Part shown: positions 1 to 10,081 of the stretch, in pieces
Layout of the letters: every line of letters starts with the position of its first letter
How positions within the stretch are numbered: position 1 is the stretch's first letter
DNA from: Octopus sinensis
Taxonomy: Eukaryota
Length of the DNA: 29,172 bases
Direction: 5' to 3'
Assembly (NCBI RefSeq): GCF_006345805.1
Contig: NW_021833160.1
Location: forward strand, 1-29,172
Program-made: the position numbers and the translations under genes
Notes under the pieces: model-generated
Seen by the model: only the letters and a program-made list of their open reading frames with translations
What the model was told of the DNA's origin: nothing
Database searches by the model: none

Positions 1-953
1 AGTAGAAATCAGGGAAGTAGAAAGAATAAGTAAAATGGCAACACACGTCTGAGACTTAGCTAGCTGATTACTGAAGCTACTGGCTAAGAGAGAAGGGCTA
101 TAAACTGGGAAGAAACGTACTTGGAAGAGATATGAGAGGTAGAAGTAGGAGTGGCACTGTGAAGTAGGTGCACGATAAACCTAAATCAAACCAGGGAAGG
201 TTTGTATCAGATATAACAAAGTGCTGTCGTTTAATATTCTTGGATGTCAAGATTGTTCAAACTCTCGATGAGTACATGGTTTAGACTTGACGATAAGAAT
301 GATTAATTGGAATTTAATTCGACCAAACCATAATGTAATTAGCTTTTTCGTACCGAGAATGAAATCTCTTTCCTCATTAGCAGCTGGAGGGAAACAGTTG
401 GAACACTTCCCGCTATTTTCTCGCAAGGAGTTCACAGTTTGAAACTAATTAAACCGCTCCCTGTATCTGAAAAAAAGGAGTGAGTGTATCCCATTTATTT
501 AGTACATGTGATCAAGAAAGACCCACCCAGCATATTATCAAGTGTCTTCGGGGTTGAAATACTTACGATTTTGGCAGGAGAAGAAAAAAAAATGGTATAT
601 CGTTTGCTTCCAGTGTTTAGCAATTGATGTTCCAGAAACCGAACTACTAATTTCTTGCTTGAAGAATAGCTGTTTGGTGCCAGCTGTGTCCAGAATGCCA
701 AGAAATAACTTGATAACTCTTCATTTTATTGGTAATTAATTCACCACATCATATGAATGGAATCAGACTCAGTCAGGTATAAATATGGCTGACAAGAATT
801 AAATTTTCAATTTTGGTTTTATTTTAAAGAAAAGTGAAAAGTATTTTTTTAAGTGTCAAATAAAATGAGAATTTATCTCACGTGCAAACAAACAAACATA
901 TATAAATATATATATATACATATATATGTATAGACAGACAGACAGACAGGCAG

Positions 954-984
<31 letters not shown>

Positions 985-1699
985 CATACATATACATATA
1001 TATGTATACATGCATATATTTATATATATATATTGTGTGTTTATGTATGTATGCATGTATGTATAAATTTACAGACATATGCATTTACACACACACACAC
1101 GTATCCGTACACGTATATACAAATGCATATGCATTCATACACACATACACACATATTTCCCAAAGTAAACACTTCAAATGGATACATACACATTTTATAG
1201 TTTGATAAATACATGCGAGATCACATCGCAATGCTTAAATGAAAATATGAATTTCTATTATAAGTGTGAAATACTCGCGTGTTTATGAATACAATGAGTT
1301 ATATAGATTACTGTTATTATACTCAGTTGTATACAGCGGTTTTCTGTTTTATCTCTTTAGTTAACTTTAACAATAACAATTGATAATCATCAACATTTTA
1401 TTCATTGCCTCTGTTGGCCTGTCCGATTGTTAGCTTAATAATTAGTTTACGGTTTTATCTGTAAGTTATTAACTAGGTTTTTATTTTGCTCTCTGGCAGC
1501 ATGGTGTAACCAATATGATGGAAACTATATAACTGAACTTTACTCTGTGGCCTACCTTTCTAACTTAGTTATAATATTTTATACCAGAATAATCTGATCA
1601 ACTTCATTGTCGTGAATTGGTACAAGATTTTATACTAATTCTTCAACATTTCGCTTACCATGCGAGTCACTGGTGGTGACTCCTCACCGTATATTCTTA

Positions 1700-2458
1700 T
1701 TTCTTTATTGACCACAATAAGCTAAACATAGAGGGGACAAGCAAGGACAGACAAAGGGATTAAGTCGATTACATCGACCTCAGTGTGTAACTGGTACTTA
1801 GTTAATTGACCCCGAAAGGATGAAAGGCAAAGTCGACCTCGGCGGAACTTGAACTCAAAACGTAACGGTAGACGAAATACCTATTTCTTTACTACCCACA
1901 AGGGGCTAAACACAGAGGAGACAAACAAGGGCAGACAGACGGATTAAGTCGATTATATCGACCCCAGTGCGTAACTGGTACTTAATTTATCGACCCCGAA
2001 AGGATGAAAGACAAAGTCGACCTCGGCGGAATTTGAACTCAAAACGTAACGGTAGACGAAATACCTATTTCTTTACTACCCACAAGGGGCTAAACAGAGA
2101 GGAGACAAACAAGTACAGACAAACGGATTAAGTCGATTATATCGACTCCAGTGCGTAACTGGTACTTAATTTATCGACCCCGAAAGGATGAAAGGCAAAG
2201 TCAACCTCGGCGGAATTTAAGCTCAGACGAAATACATATTTCTTTACTATCTACAAGGGGCTAAACACAGAGGGGACAAACAAGGACAGACATAGGTATT
2301 AAGTCGATTATATCGACTCCAGTGCGTAACTGGTACTTGATTTATCGACCCCGAAAGGATGAAAGGCAAAGTCGACCTCGGCGGAATTTGAACTCAGAAC
2401 GTAGCGGCAGACGAAATACCGCTGAGCATTTCGCCCGGCGTGTTAACGTTTCTGCCAG
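1700..2458 (-). mobile_element. Tandem array of 4 family A tRNA-derived SINE units (one with the head, three headless, about 184-bp period), flanked by one target-site duplication
   Basis: GACGAAATAC recurs at 1871, 2055, 2226 and 2410 (spacing 184, 171, 184). On the minus strand the head reads GAGCTGGCAGAAACGTTAACACGCCGGGCG (A-box-like) and the head-bearing unit has GTTCAAATTCC (B-box-like; variant in other units). A 17-bp direct repeat CTCACCGTATATTCTTA lies at 1683-1699 and 2459-2475. Confidence 0.9.
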
Positions 2459-2747
2459 CTCACCGTATATTCTTAATATACCATGACAGTCACCGGTAAC
2501 ACTCCACGCTATATACTTTATATACCAGGAGAATCACCAGTGACTCCCAATGGTGATTAAAAAAAAAAAAAAAATTTTATGGCGCCCCACATTACTATGG
2601 TTCAAACATTACTTGAATTTTCAGGAAATGTAAGAAACACATGTTTTGAAAATGAGAACCAGCTGAGCGTTAGCGCCTCTCTTTATCACTGTCTATCTGG
2701 CTGTCCCCCCCTCTCTCTTCAGTTGTTACATCCTTGTTGTTCTGCAG

Positions 2748-2887
2748 GGCCAAACGCTGGGAGATCCGAGAAAGTGTCTACGTCTGTTCGCAGCTATACA
2801 GGCACCTAAAGCAATTAGCGAAAACATGGTTCATGTTACCAAGCTATCCTCATTCTCGAGTGACGGTAGCTTTGAAGGAAAGAACAG
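2748..2887 (+). CDS. Possible 140-nt internal exon, product unknown
   Basis: Pyrimidine-rich tract ending TTCTGCAG (2747); weak donor CAG|GTTTCA (2888); non-repetitive and less AT-rich than the flanks; two of three frames are open (GQTLGDPRKCLRLFAAIQAPKAISENMVHVTKLSSFSSDGSFEGKN or AKRWEIRESVYVCSQLYRHLKQLAKTWFMLPSYPHSRVTVALKERT). No homolog recognised. Confidence 0.25.
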
Positions 2888-2919
2888 GTTTCACATTTGT
2901 CATTTGCAAAAGAAGTGTG

Positions 2920-3053
2920 CATACATACATACATGCATACATTGATATGCACACATACGCATATATATATATGCATACATACATACATACATATATACAT
3001 ATATACATACATACATACATACATATATACATATATACATACATACATACATT

Positions 3054-3089
<36 letters not shown>
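2920..3089. repeat. (CATA)n/(TA)n microsatellite
   Basis: Directly visible tandem CATA and TA units. Confidence 0.95.
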
Positions 3090-3090
<1 letters not shown>

Positions 3091-3495
3091 CATTATTGGT
3101 GAATTGAAGAAATGGAGCTGAACGCAGATTGAACAGAAATCGTTTTATTTCATTCTACACGTGTTTCGAAAGGCACAAATTACCAAAATCCGATTGAATA
3201 ATGGGACCATATTGTGTCTTTCTCTTCAGGAAGAAAAAAGGAAATCCGTTGGAAAAACAAAAACAGAACAGAGGCGGAGCAAAAAACAAATCGAACTGTG
3301 CTCCTAAGAGCCCATGGCGAAACTGTTTATCAGTGTATGTTGAGAACCGTGGCTGAAGAATTCAACGGGTCAGGCATCGGTCAATCATGTGGGTGAGGGT
3401 GTATAGATGTTCTTTGTGACCGAGAATAAAGTTCTGACTATTTAAGGAATATTGGATGTTTTATAAGGGGCGAGAAAAAATCTACTTAGAGACGT
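3090..3495. mobile_element. About 400-bp microsatellite-flanked element with hammerhead motifs, probably Penelope-like-derived and non-autonomous
   Basis: Bounded by (TA)n and TG/TA-rich sequence; intact hammerhead on the minus strand (3143-3240) and a degenerate one on the plus strand (3304-3327); AATAAA downstream of each motif on its own strand. Confidence 0.5.
3143..3240 (-). ncRNA. Type I hammerhead ribozyme with intact core
   Basis: Minus strand: stem I CTTTTTTCTTC / GAATGAAATAAA; core CTGAAGA (3229-3223); stem II GAAAGACACAA / TTGTGCCTTTC (10 of 11 bp paired); GAAA (3167-3164); palindromic stem III ACACGTGT; GUA cleavage triplet with predicted cut between 3156 and 3155. Confidence 0.75.
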
Positions 3496-3792
3496 GTATG
3501 TGTGTATACTGTTCTATATATGTGTGTGTTGGCGTAGGGGTAGAAAACATTTTTTGTGTACGTGTGTGCGTTTGATCGTTCGGCTGTCAGTGGCTACTGC
3601 CGTGATAACCGTTGGGTGGCAGTTTACTGCTGTGATTTTTGCTACTAAGGTATCGGTTAAACTTTTGATTAATCTACTACAAGATTATTCATCTTTCTAT
3701 TTCACATAATATATATATTATATATATATATATATATATACATATATATGTAGATATATATATAAACATACACACACATATGATGACCGTTT

Positions 3793-4140
3793 CTTCTACT
3801 TGCTTCAGTCATTTGACTGCGGCCATGCAAAAAAAAAAAAAAAATCAGCATTAGGGTTTTTTTAAAGCTACTACTTATATTATCACTTTTGCCGAACCGC
3901 TAAGTTAAGGGGACGTAATCACACCAGCAAGTGATGGTGTCAAGTGGTGGTGGGGGACAAACACACACACACAATGACACATACATAGACATTAACGTAA
4001 ATATATATTACAACGGGCTTCTTTCAGTTTCCGTCTACCAAATCTAATCACAAGGCTTTTGTAGGCCCATGGCTATAATAGAAGACATTTGTCCAAGATG
4101 CCACGTAGTGGGACTGAACCCGGTACCATGTGGTTGGGGA
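3793..4140 (-). mobile_element. CORE-like tRNA-derived SINE (head, internal CA microsatellite, 3' body), degenerate
   Basis: Similar to the cleaner copy at 15588-15991 (shared CTTTCAGTTTCCGTCTACCAAATC, TGCCGAACCGCTAAG and CAGTCATTTGACTGCGGCCATGC). Confidence 0.85.
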
Positions 4141-4381
4141 GCTGCAGTTTATCGTCTGGGAAAGATCCCCTTGAAGACGTAGCGTGTTAAAAGACTCAGC
4201 ATGCTTCAAAGCCACAGCTCCTGGTGTTTAATAATACACATACATTAAATTCATGATTATTAATACTGTTTACATCACTGAACTGTTTCTGATATATAAT
4301 TTGAATGTATTCTACTTGTACGACGCATTTGCAAATCAATAAATTGTTGGTACGTGTTCAGTTTAGTGGTATTAAATAAGT

Positions 4382-4771
4382 GGAGGCGCAATGGCCCAGT
4401 GGTTAGGGCAGCGGACTCGCGGTCATAGGATCGTGGTTTCGATTCCCAGACCGGGCGTTGTGAGTGTTTATTGAGCGAAAACACCCAAAGCTCCACGAGG
4501 CTCCGGCAAGGGATGGTGGTGATCCCTGCTATACTCTTTCACCACAACTTTCTCTCACTCTTACTTCCTGTTTCTATTGTACCTGTATTTCAAGGGGCCG
4601 GCCTTGTCACTCTCTGTGTCACGCTGAATATCCCCGAGAACTACGTTAAGGGTACACGTGTCTGTGGAGTGCTCAGCCACTTACACGTTAATTTCACGAG
4701 CAGGCTGTTCCGTTGATTCGGATCAACCGGAACCCTCGTCGTCGTAACCGACGGAGTGCTTCCCCACCCCA
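4382..4771 (+). mobile_element. tRNA-Arg-like SINE, full length, with 11-bp TSD
   Basis: Head GGAGGCGCAATGGCCCAGTGGTTAGGGCAGCGGACTCGCGGTC...GGTTTCGATTCCC with A and B boxes; ATTAAATAAGT repeated at 4371-4381 and 4772-4782; the first ~190 bp are shared with the minus-strand copy ending at 26027. Confidence 0.85.
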
Positions 4772-5302
4772 ATTAAATAAGTAAATAAAAATGAAGGGGG
4801 AAATACATAAGAAAACTTACTCTTAAACAACAAATACTGTTGTAAGGTAACATGGTGAATTACAATTTTCGCACCTGTATAAATCCATAATTAGCCGACG
4901 CTGTGCCAACCACTGAAGAATCTTACCTCGTAAATCGGCTAATTGGGTGATTTCCAAGATTGATTCGCGCTTGAGGATTTCAATTTCAGGAACAATGGAT
5001 TACGGTTCCGTTGGTCTTCCATGTGCCATTCTGATCAATTCTAAAGTAAATAATATCCAATATTTATGTTGACTTATGTATGTCCTTTACTAGTTATCTC
5101 CCCTTTAATTTTTATTTACTTTCTTAATATAATACTAAACTGAACAACATCCCAAATGGTTTTTTCGCTATTTGTATATACTTCTGGTTAACAATTTCCA
5201 TTTCGCTTCGAAAGGGAGTCGAGCACGTGACATTAATAGGCAGCAAGGAACTGTGTAACACCGGTGTCTGTCGTTTTCATCCACTCCTCGGTCGATTTCG
5301 TT

Positions 5303-5445
5303 TCATTTGATTGCGGCCATGCTAGAGCACCACCCTTAGTCGGGCAAATGGATCCCAGGACTTATTCTTTGTAAGCCTAGTACTTGTTTTATTGGTCCCT
5401 TTTGCCGAACCGGTAAGTTACGCGGACGTAAACACACCAGCATCG
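5303..5445 (-). mobile_element. CORE-like SINE 3' body fragment
   Basis: Matches the 15620-15770 part of the full copy (GCGGCCATGC, GGACTTATTCTTTGTAAGCC, TGCCGAACC, AACACACCAGCATCGG). Confidence 0.8.
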
Positions 5446-5583
5446 GGCATATGGCGTAATGGTTAAGAACGCGGGCTACTAACCCCAAGATTCCGAGTTC
5501 GATTAATAACAAACAAGATGAGGACAAATATCCGTCAAATGTAAATAATGTACATAATTCCTCATCTCTTAAATATAGAACTG
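5445..5583 (+). mobile_element. tRNA-Ser-like SINE, probably internally deleted
   Basis: GGCATATGGCGTAATGGTTAAG A-box-like; CTACTAA anticodon loop (ACT); GAGTTCGATT B-box-like; followed by non-tRNA sequence, so not a complete tRNA gene. Confidence 0.55.
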
Positions 5584-5601
5584 GGCTCCTTTTTAAATAA
5601 A

Positions 5602-5690
5602 CGGCCATGCTGGAGCACTGCCTTTAGTCGAGCAAATCGACCCCAGTACTTATTCTTTGTAAGCCTAGAATGAAATACTGCAGCATCGGG
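5602..5690 (-). mobile_element. Second CORE-like SINE 3' body fragment
   Basis: GGCCATGCTGGAGCACTGCCTTTAGTCGAGCAAATCGACCCCAG...TTATTCTTTGTAAGCC matches the full copy at 15588-15991. Confidence 0.8.
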
Positions 5691-5896
5691 CGTTTATCAA
5701 CAAATACAAGATTGAGCTGCTTCTAACACATAATTTGAATGAGTGTGTGTGAGTGTGTGTGTGCGCGCACCCGTGTGTGTGTTTAAATATATATGCATGT
5801 ATGTAGAAGTATATGTTTATGTATACATACATTTGCATATATACATATATATGAATCTCCATGTATCTAGGCAAGCCTCAACCACATGTATAAGTG

Positions 5897-5993
<97 letters not shown>
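5897..5993. repeat. (CTAT)n microsatellite
   Basis: Directly visible. Confidence 0.97.
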
Positions 5994-5994
<1 letters not shown>

Positions 5995-6037
5995 GTTCTG
6001 TCTGTGTGCAGCCCTGTGTGGCTAATAAAGAAACATA
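5994..6037 (+). mobile_element. 44-bp 3' terminus of the LINE at 13409-13905, inside (CTAT)n
   Basis: 43 of 44 bases identical to 13862-13905; TCTA repeats on both sides. Confidence 0.8.
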
Positions 6038-6067
6038 TCTATCTATTGATCGATCGATTGATATATA

Positions 6068-6672
6068 ATGAATGAAAAATGCATGGTAAATAAACAAACT
6101 ATATAACGTATATTGAATGTAGGTCCGTAATTCTTCGTCAGTTATCGGCCAGTTGGTAATATTCAGATTTGCACCTTTAACGGTAAGACTGAGTGCTTCC
6201 CAATTGGCGGTGCACACAAAAAAGTTTTCTTGCTGAAATTAGGGGCGAGAGCAAACAAAACACAGCAAAACAAGCAAAACGGCACAGAGTGTGATTTAGG
6301 ACGGTTGTCAAGGACGGCCAGTCGAACAAAATACGGCCGTGGGGCCAAGGAGACGAGAATATTGGGTGACGCTTAGAAAATGCTTTGAAGGATGGAGAAT
6401 GGAGGGACAGAGAATTTGCGACTGGTCCGCAACGGGACCAGTGTAAGAAGAGAGGGAAAAGAGAAACTGGCCACGGTTCACGTGATAGTACCAAACAGAG
6501 GAGGAAGACAGCAAAAGAGAGGGAGAGAGAGCGGCAGAGAAAAGAAAGGGAAAGGAATGAAGGGAAAGGTGAAAGGCTAGGAATACAAAAGAGGAAGAGA
6601 GAAAAGAAGAATGTAGAAAGGACAAAATAGAAGTGAGAGGATGAGAGAAAGAAAAAGGGAAAGAATGAAGGC

Positions 6673-6718
<46 letters not shown>

Positions 6719-6990
6719 CATGGATATATAAAATCTTACAAATTCGGTGTGTGCTGCATTCCATTACTTAATGAAAAATAACTGTAGGGTAAATAAACAA
6801 ACAACAACGTATACTGAATGTAAAACGAAGCAGAAGGTCCGTAATTCTTCATCAGTTATCGGCCAATTGTTGATATTCAGTTTCGCACCTTTAACGATAA
6901 AATAGTACTTCCCAATTGGCGGTGCCCGCAAAAAGAGATTTCTTGCGGAGAATTAGGGAAGAGAGTACAGAAAACATAAACATACGCTAA
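6068..6990. repeat. Two diverged ~210-bp direct repeats (6068-6275 and 6768-6990) around a purine-rich spacer
   Basis: Shared blocks GGTAAATAAACAAAC, AGGTCCGTAATTCTTCRTCAGTTATCGGCCA, GCACCTTTAACG and CTTCCCAATTGGCGGTGC. Confidence 0.85.
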
Positions 6991-7006
6991 GCAATGTATA
7001 GCCTCA

Positions 7007-7116
7007 ACCACCACCAACACCAACATCACCACCACCACCACCACACCACCACCACCACCACCACCACCACCACCACCACCACCACCACCACCGCCGCCGC
7101 CGCCGCCGCCGCCGCC

Positions 7117-7154
<38 letters not shown>

Positions 7155-7240
7155 ACCACCACACCACCACCACCACCACCAACCACCACCACCACCACAC
7201 CACCACCACCACCACAACCACCAATACCGCCATCACCACT
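7007..7240. repeat. Compound (CAC)n-(CGC)n-(CAC)n triplet repeat
   Basis: Directly visible; CGC block at about 7092-7148. Confidence 0.95.
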
Positions 7241-7711
7241 ACAACCGTCACTGCCGCATTATAAACATACCTTAGTGCTACACAGTCAATAATTATTTCA
7301 GTTCCAACCTGTTATCAGCCGATTCATAATAATAATTACTTGAGTAGATAATCTATTTGGAATTGCTTCAAGTCGATAGAAGAAGGCTTTTTAAAACGAC
7401 GTATCCTCCTTCGTCCTTATCACTTGTGGATCATTTCAATGTTATCAACACAGATATGAAGTTCTGATAAGATCGTGGCACAATCTACATGAAGTCTTGC
7501 CTAGCTTTTGCATTAGCAACACTAAAGGGTCTCTTATCTTATCTGTAGTCAACTAGTTTATCAACAAGTTTGATAGTCACTCGTGACCTGTTCATTAACT
7601 CTTTCGTTGAACTTTTCTTTTTCATTTTTTTTTCTAGCGAAGAGGCGGTCGTCGTTATTTCTCAAACTATAATATACTTAACTATATCTTACTTAGGTGT
7701 GTGCATATGTA

Positions 7712-8983
7712 CGAGGGGCGTTCAATAAGTAATGCCCCTGACCCACTTCCCATAGCAGTAGAGAAACGAAACTTGACACAGTTATTAGTCTTATTATACA
7801 TAGGAACCACTCAGAGTTACGCATTTCTCCCATCGTTTGATGCAGCTATGGAAACCGTTTTTGTAGAAGACCCCAGCTTGGCCCTCCAACCACGACGTCA
7901 CTTCAGAAATCAAGGCTGCATCATCTGGGAAACGCTTTCTTTTCAAAAACAACTTCATGGCTGGGAAGAGGTGAAAATCAGAGGGTGCAAGGTCAGGAGA
8001 GTAGGGGGATGGGGGAGGAGTTCATAGCCGCACGCCTGTGCTTCTGATCTGTCGACACGCGAGTTGTGGACCGGAGCGTTGTCCTGCAAGAGGAGATGCC
8101 TTTGCTGATCTTGCCCCGCCTCTTGATTTTGATAGCTTCTCTTAATTTCCTCAAAAGTGAAGCATAATAGGCTCCTGTAATTGTGGTACCCTTTGCCAGG
8201 AAATCTGTCATCACTACTCCGTCCTGGTCCCAGAAGACTGTGAGCATGACCTTGCCAGCGGAGGGTTGCACCCTTGCCTTCTTTGGAGGAGGTGAGTCAC
8301 GGTGCTTCCACTGCATTGACTGGGCTTTGGTCTCTGGATCATAGTGATGGACCCAGGTTTCATCCTGTGTAATCAGTCTTTTGAAAAATTTTGACTCATC
8401 TTCTTGGCACATCTCCAAATTCATCCTCGAGCACTCGACGCGTTCTTGCTTCTGGAAAGGTGTGAGCAACCTGGGAATCCATCTGGCAGACACCTTTTGC
8501 ATATGCAAATGGTCATGAATGATAGTTTCCACAGACCCGGTACTAATCTTGACCTCATGGGCTATTTGGCGAATAGTTATGCGTCGATCTTCCAAAATGG
8601 CAGCCTCAACTTGACGGCAGAAGGGGGACGACCAGATCTGGGAGCTGTTTCCACAAAGTTCCGACCATGTCTGAATTCACGATGCCAGCGTTTTACAAGG
8701 TCATATGATGGGGCATCATCACCATAAGTTACTTTCATTTCATCAAAAGTCTCCCGTGGTGTGCGTCCTTTCAAATACAAAAACCGGATCACTGCTCGAC
8801 ACTCAACAGGCTCCATTTCACACTTGACTCAGTTCAAACACCTGTAAATCAGAAACCACAATTAGTTCAGAGCTGTAATTTTCCACTTAATCTATAGAGA
8901 TATAAATAATTGCACATGCAAACTTTCAGCTAGCTCAAACAACTGCAAGTGGGTCAGAGGCATTACATATTGAACGCCCCTCG
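7712..8983 (-). mobile_element. Full-length mariner DNA transposon (1272 bp; TIR start resembles the irritans subfamily)
   Basis: 37-bp TIRs at 7712-7748 and 8947-8983 (35 of 37 match; CGAGGGGCGTTCAATAAGTAATGCCCCTGACCCACTT); TA duplicated at 7710-7711 and 8984-8985; internal transposase remnant. Confidence 0.97.
7794..8816 (-). pseudogene. Mariner DD34D transposase pseudogene with three frameshifts
   Basis: Pieces MEPVECRAVIRFLYLKG...SGRPP, EDRRITIRQIA...WIPRLL...DETW...YDPE..., QDNAPVH..., YSPDLAPSDFHLF...KRWEKCV; 34 residues between the second and third Asp after frameshift repair; breaks near 8610, 8095 and 8010. Confidence 0.95.
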
Positions 8984-9243
8984 TATGTATGTATGTATGT
9001 ATGTATGTATGTATGTATGTATGTATGTATGTATGTATGCAAGCATGCATGTATGTATGTATGTATGTATGTATGCATGTATGCATGTATGCATGTATGT
9101 ATGTATGTATGTATGTATGTATGCATGTATGCATGTATGTATGCATGTATGTATGTATGTATGCATGCATGTATGTATGTATGTATGTATGTATGTATGT
9201 ATGTATGTATGCATGCATGTATGTATGCATGTATGCATGTATG

Positions 9244-9274
<31 letters not shown>

Positions 9275-9490
9275 GCATGTATGTATGTATGTATGCATGT
9301 ATGTATGCATGTATGTATGTGTGTATGTATGTATGTAAGCATGTATGTATGTATGTATGCATGTATGTACGTATGTATGTATGTATGTATGTATGTATGC
9401 ATGTATGTATGCATGCATGTATGTATGTATGCATGCATGTATGTATGTATGTATGTATGCATGTATGTAAGTATGTATGTATGTATGTAT
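8984..9490. repeat. (TATG)n/(CATG) microsatellite, about 500 bp
   Basis: Directly visible; source of the MYVC and HTYI pseudo-ORFs. Confidence 0.97.
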
Positions 9491-9701
9491 GTGTGTGAGC
9501 ATGTCTGTAAATATGTAGATTTACGTAAATGTATGGATGTATATAGAGAGAGAGAAAAAGGAGAGAGAGAGGAGGAAAGAGAGAGGAGGAGAGAGAGAGG
9601 AGGAGAGAGAGCAACACAAGTGGAAACGGATGAAGGGAAAGGAGAAAGGCTAGGATTACAAGAATGAGAGAGAAAAGAAGTAGAAAGGCTAAAATAGAAT
9701 A

Positions 9702-9741
<40 letters not shown>

Positions 9742-10081
9742 ATATGTACATATATGCATGTATATCACGTGATCACGTGACCGACCAGGATCAGATGTTG
9801 CTACACATCGCTTTTCACAATGCACTTAGCATTGTTTTAGCCTTCAAATGACGCCACCCCGCTGGCTAAGCGAACATGGCAATATGCATGTGTGTATATC
9901 AAGTGGCGTGCGGCGACTTCCGGGGTTGGGCATGCAATGAATTTCTTTGCCTCCCCCACCCCACTCCCCGGCAATTTTTCAGTAAAAAAAATTTTTCGAA
10001 TTCCTACGATTTACATATGGGAGATTCTGAATATGCAATCACCCCCGTATGACCTAGAATAAAAAAAAAAAACGTCGCCCT

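Noticed and set aside
1-800. Possible decayed LINE ORF1 on the minus strand (TPKTLDNMLGGSFLITCTK)
   Set aside because: Only a faint resemblance, with many stops and no clear zinc knuckle; needs a profile search.
4382-4460. tRNA genes (also 5445-5500 and the SINE heads)
   Set aside because: No acceptor-stem closure; they continue into repeat bodies, so they are SINE heads.
6877-7275. Poly-His/Thr/Ala/Pro ORFs resembling a transcription-factor low-complexity region (also 24846-25615)
   Set aside because: Pure triplet repeats with frame slips and no flanking domain or splice support.
8892-9825. Long HTYI and MYVC ORFs, and similar ones at 856-1205, 2836-3121, 11895-13083, 16883-17565 and 21705-23293
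   Set aside because: Translations of microsatellites.
9765-9880. Possible 3' fragment of another SINE
   Set aside because: No second copy in the window; recognition rests on recall only.
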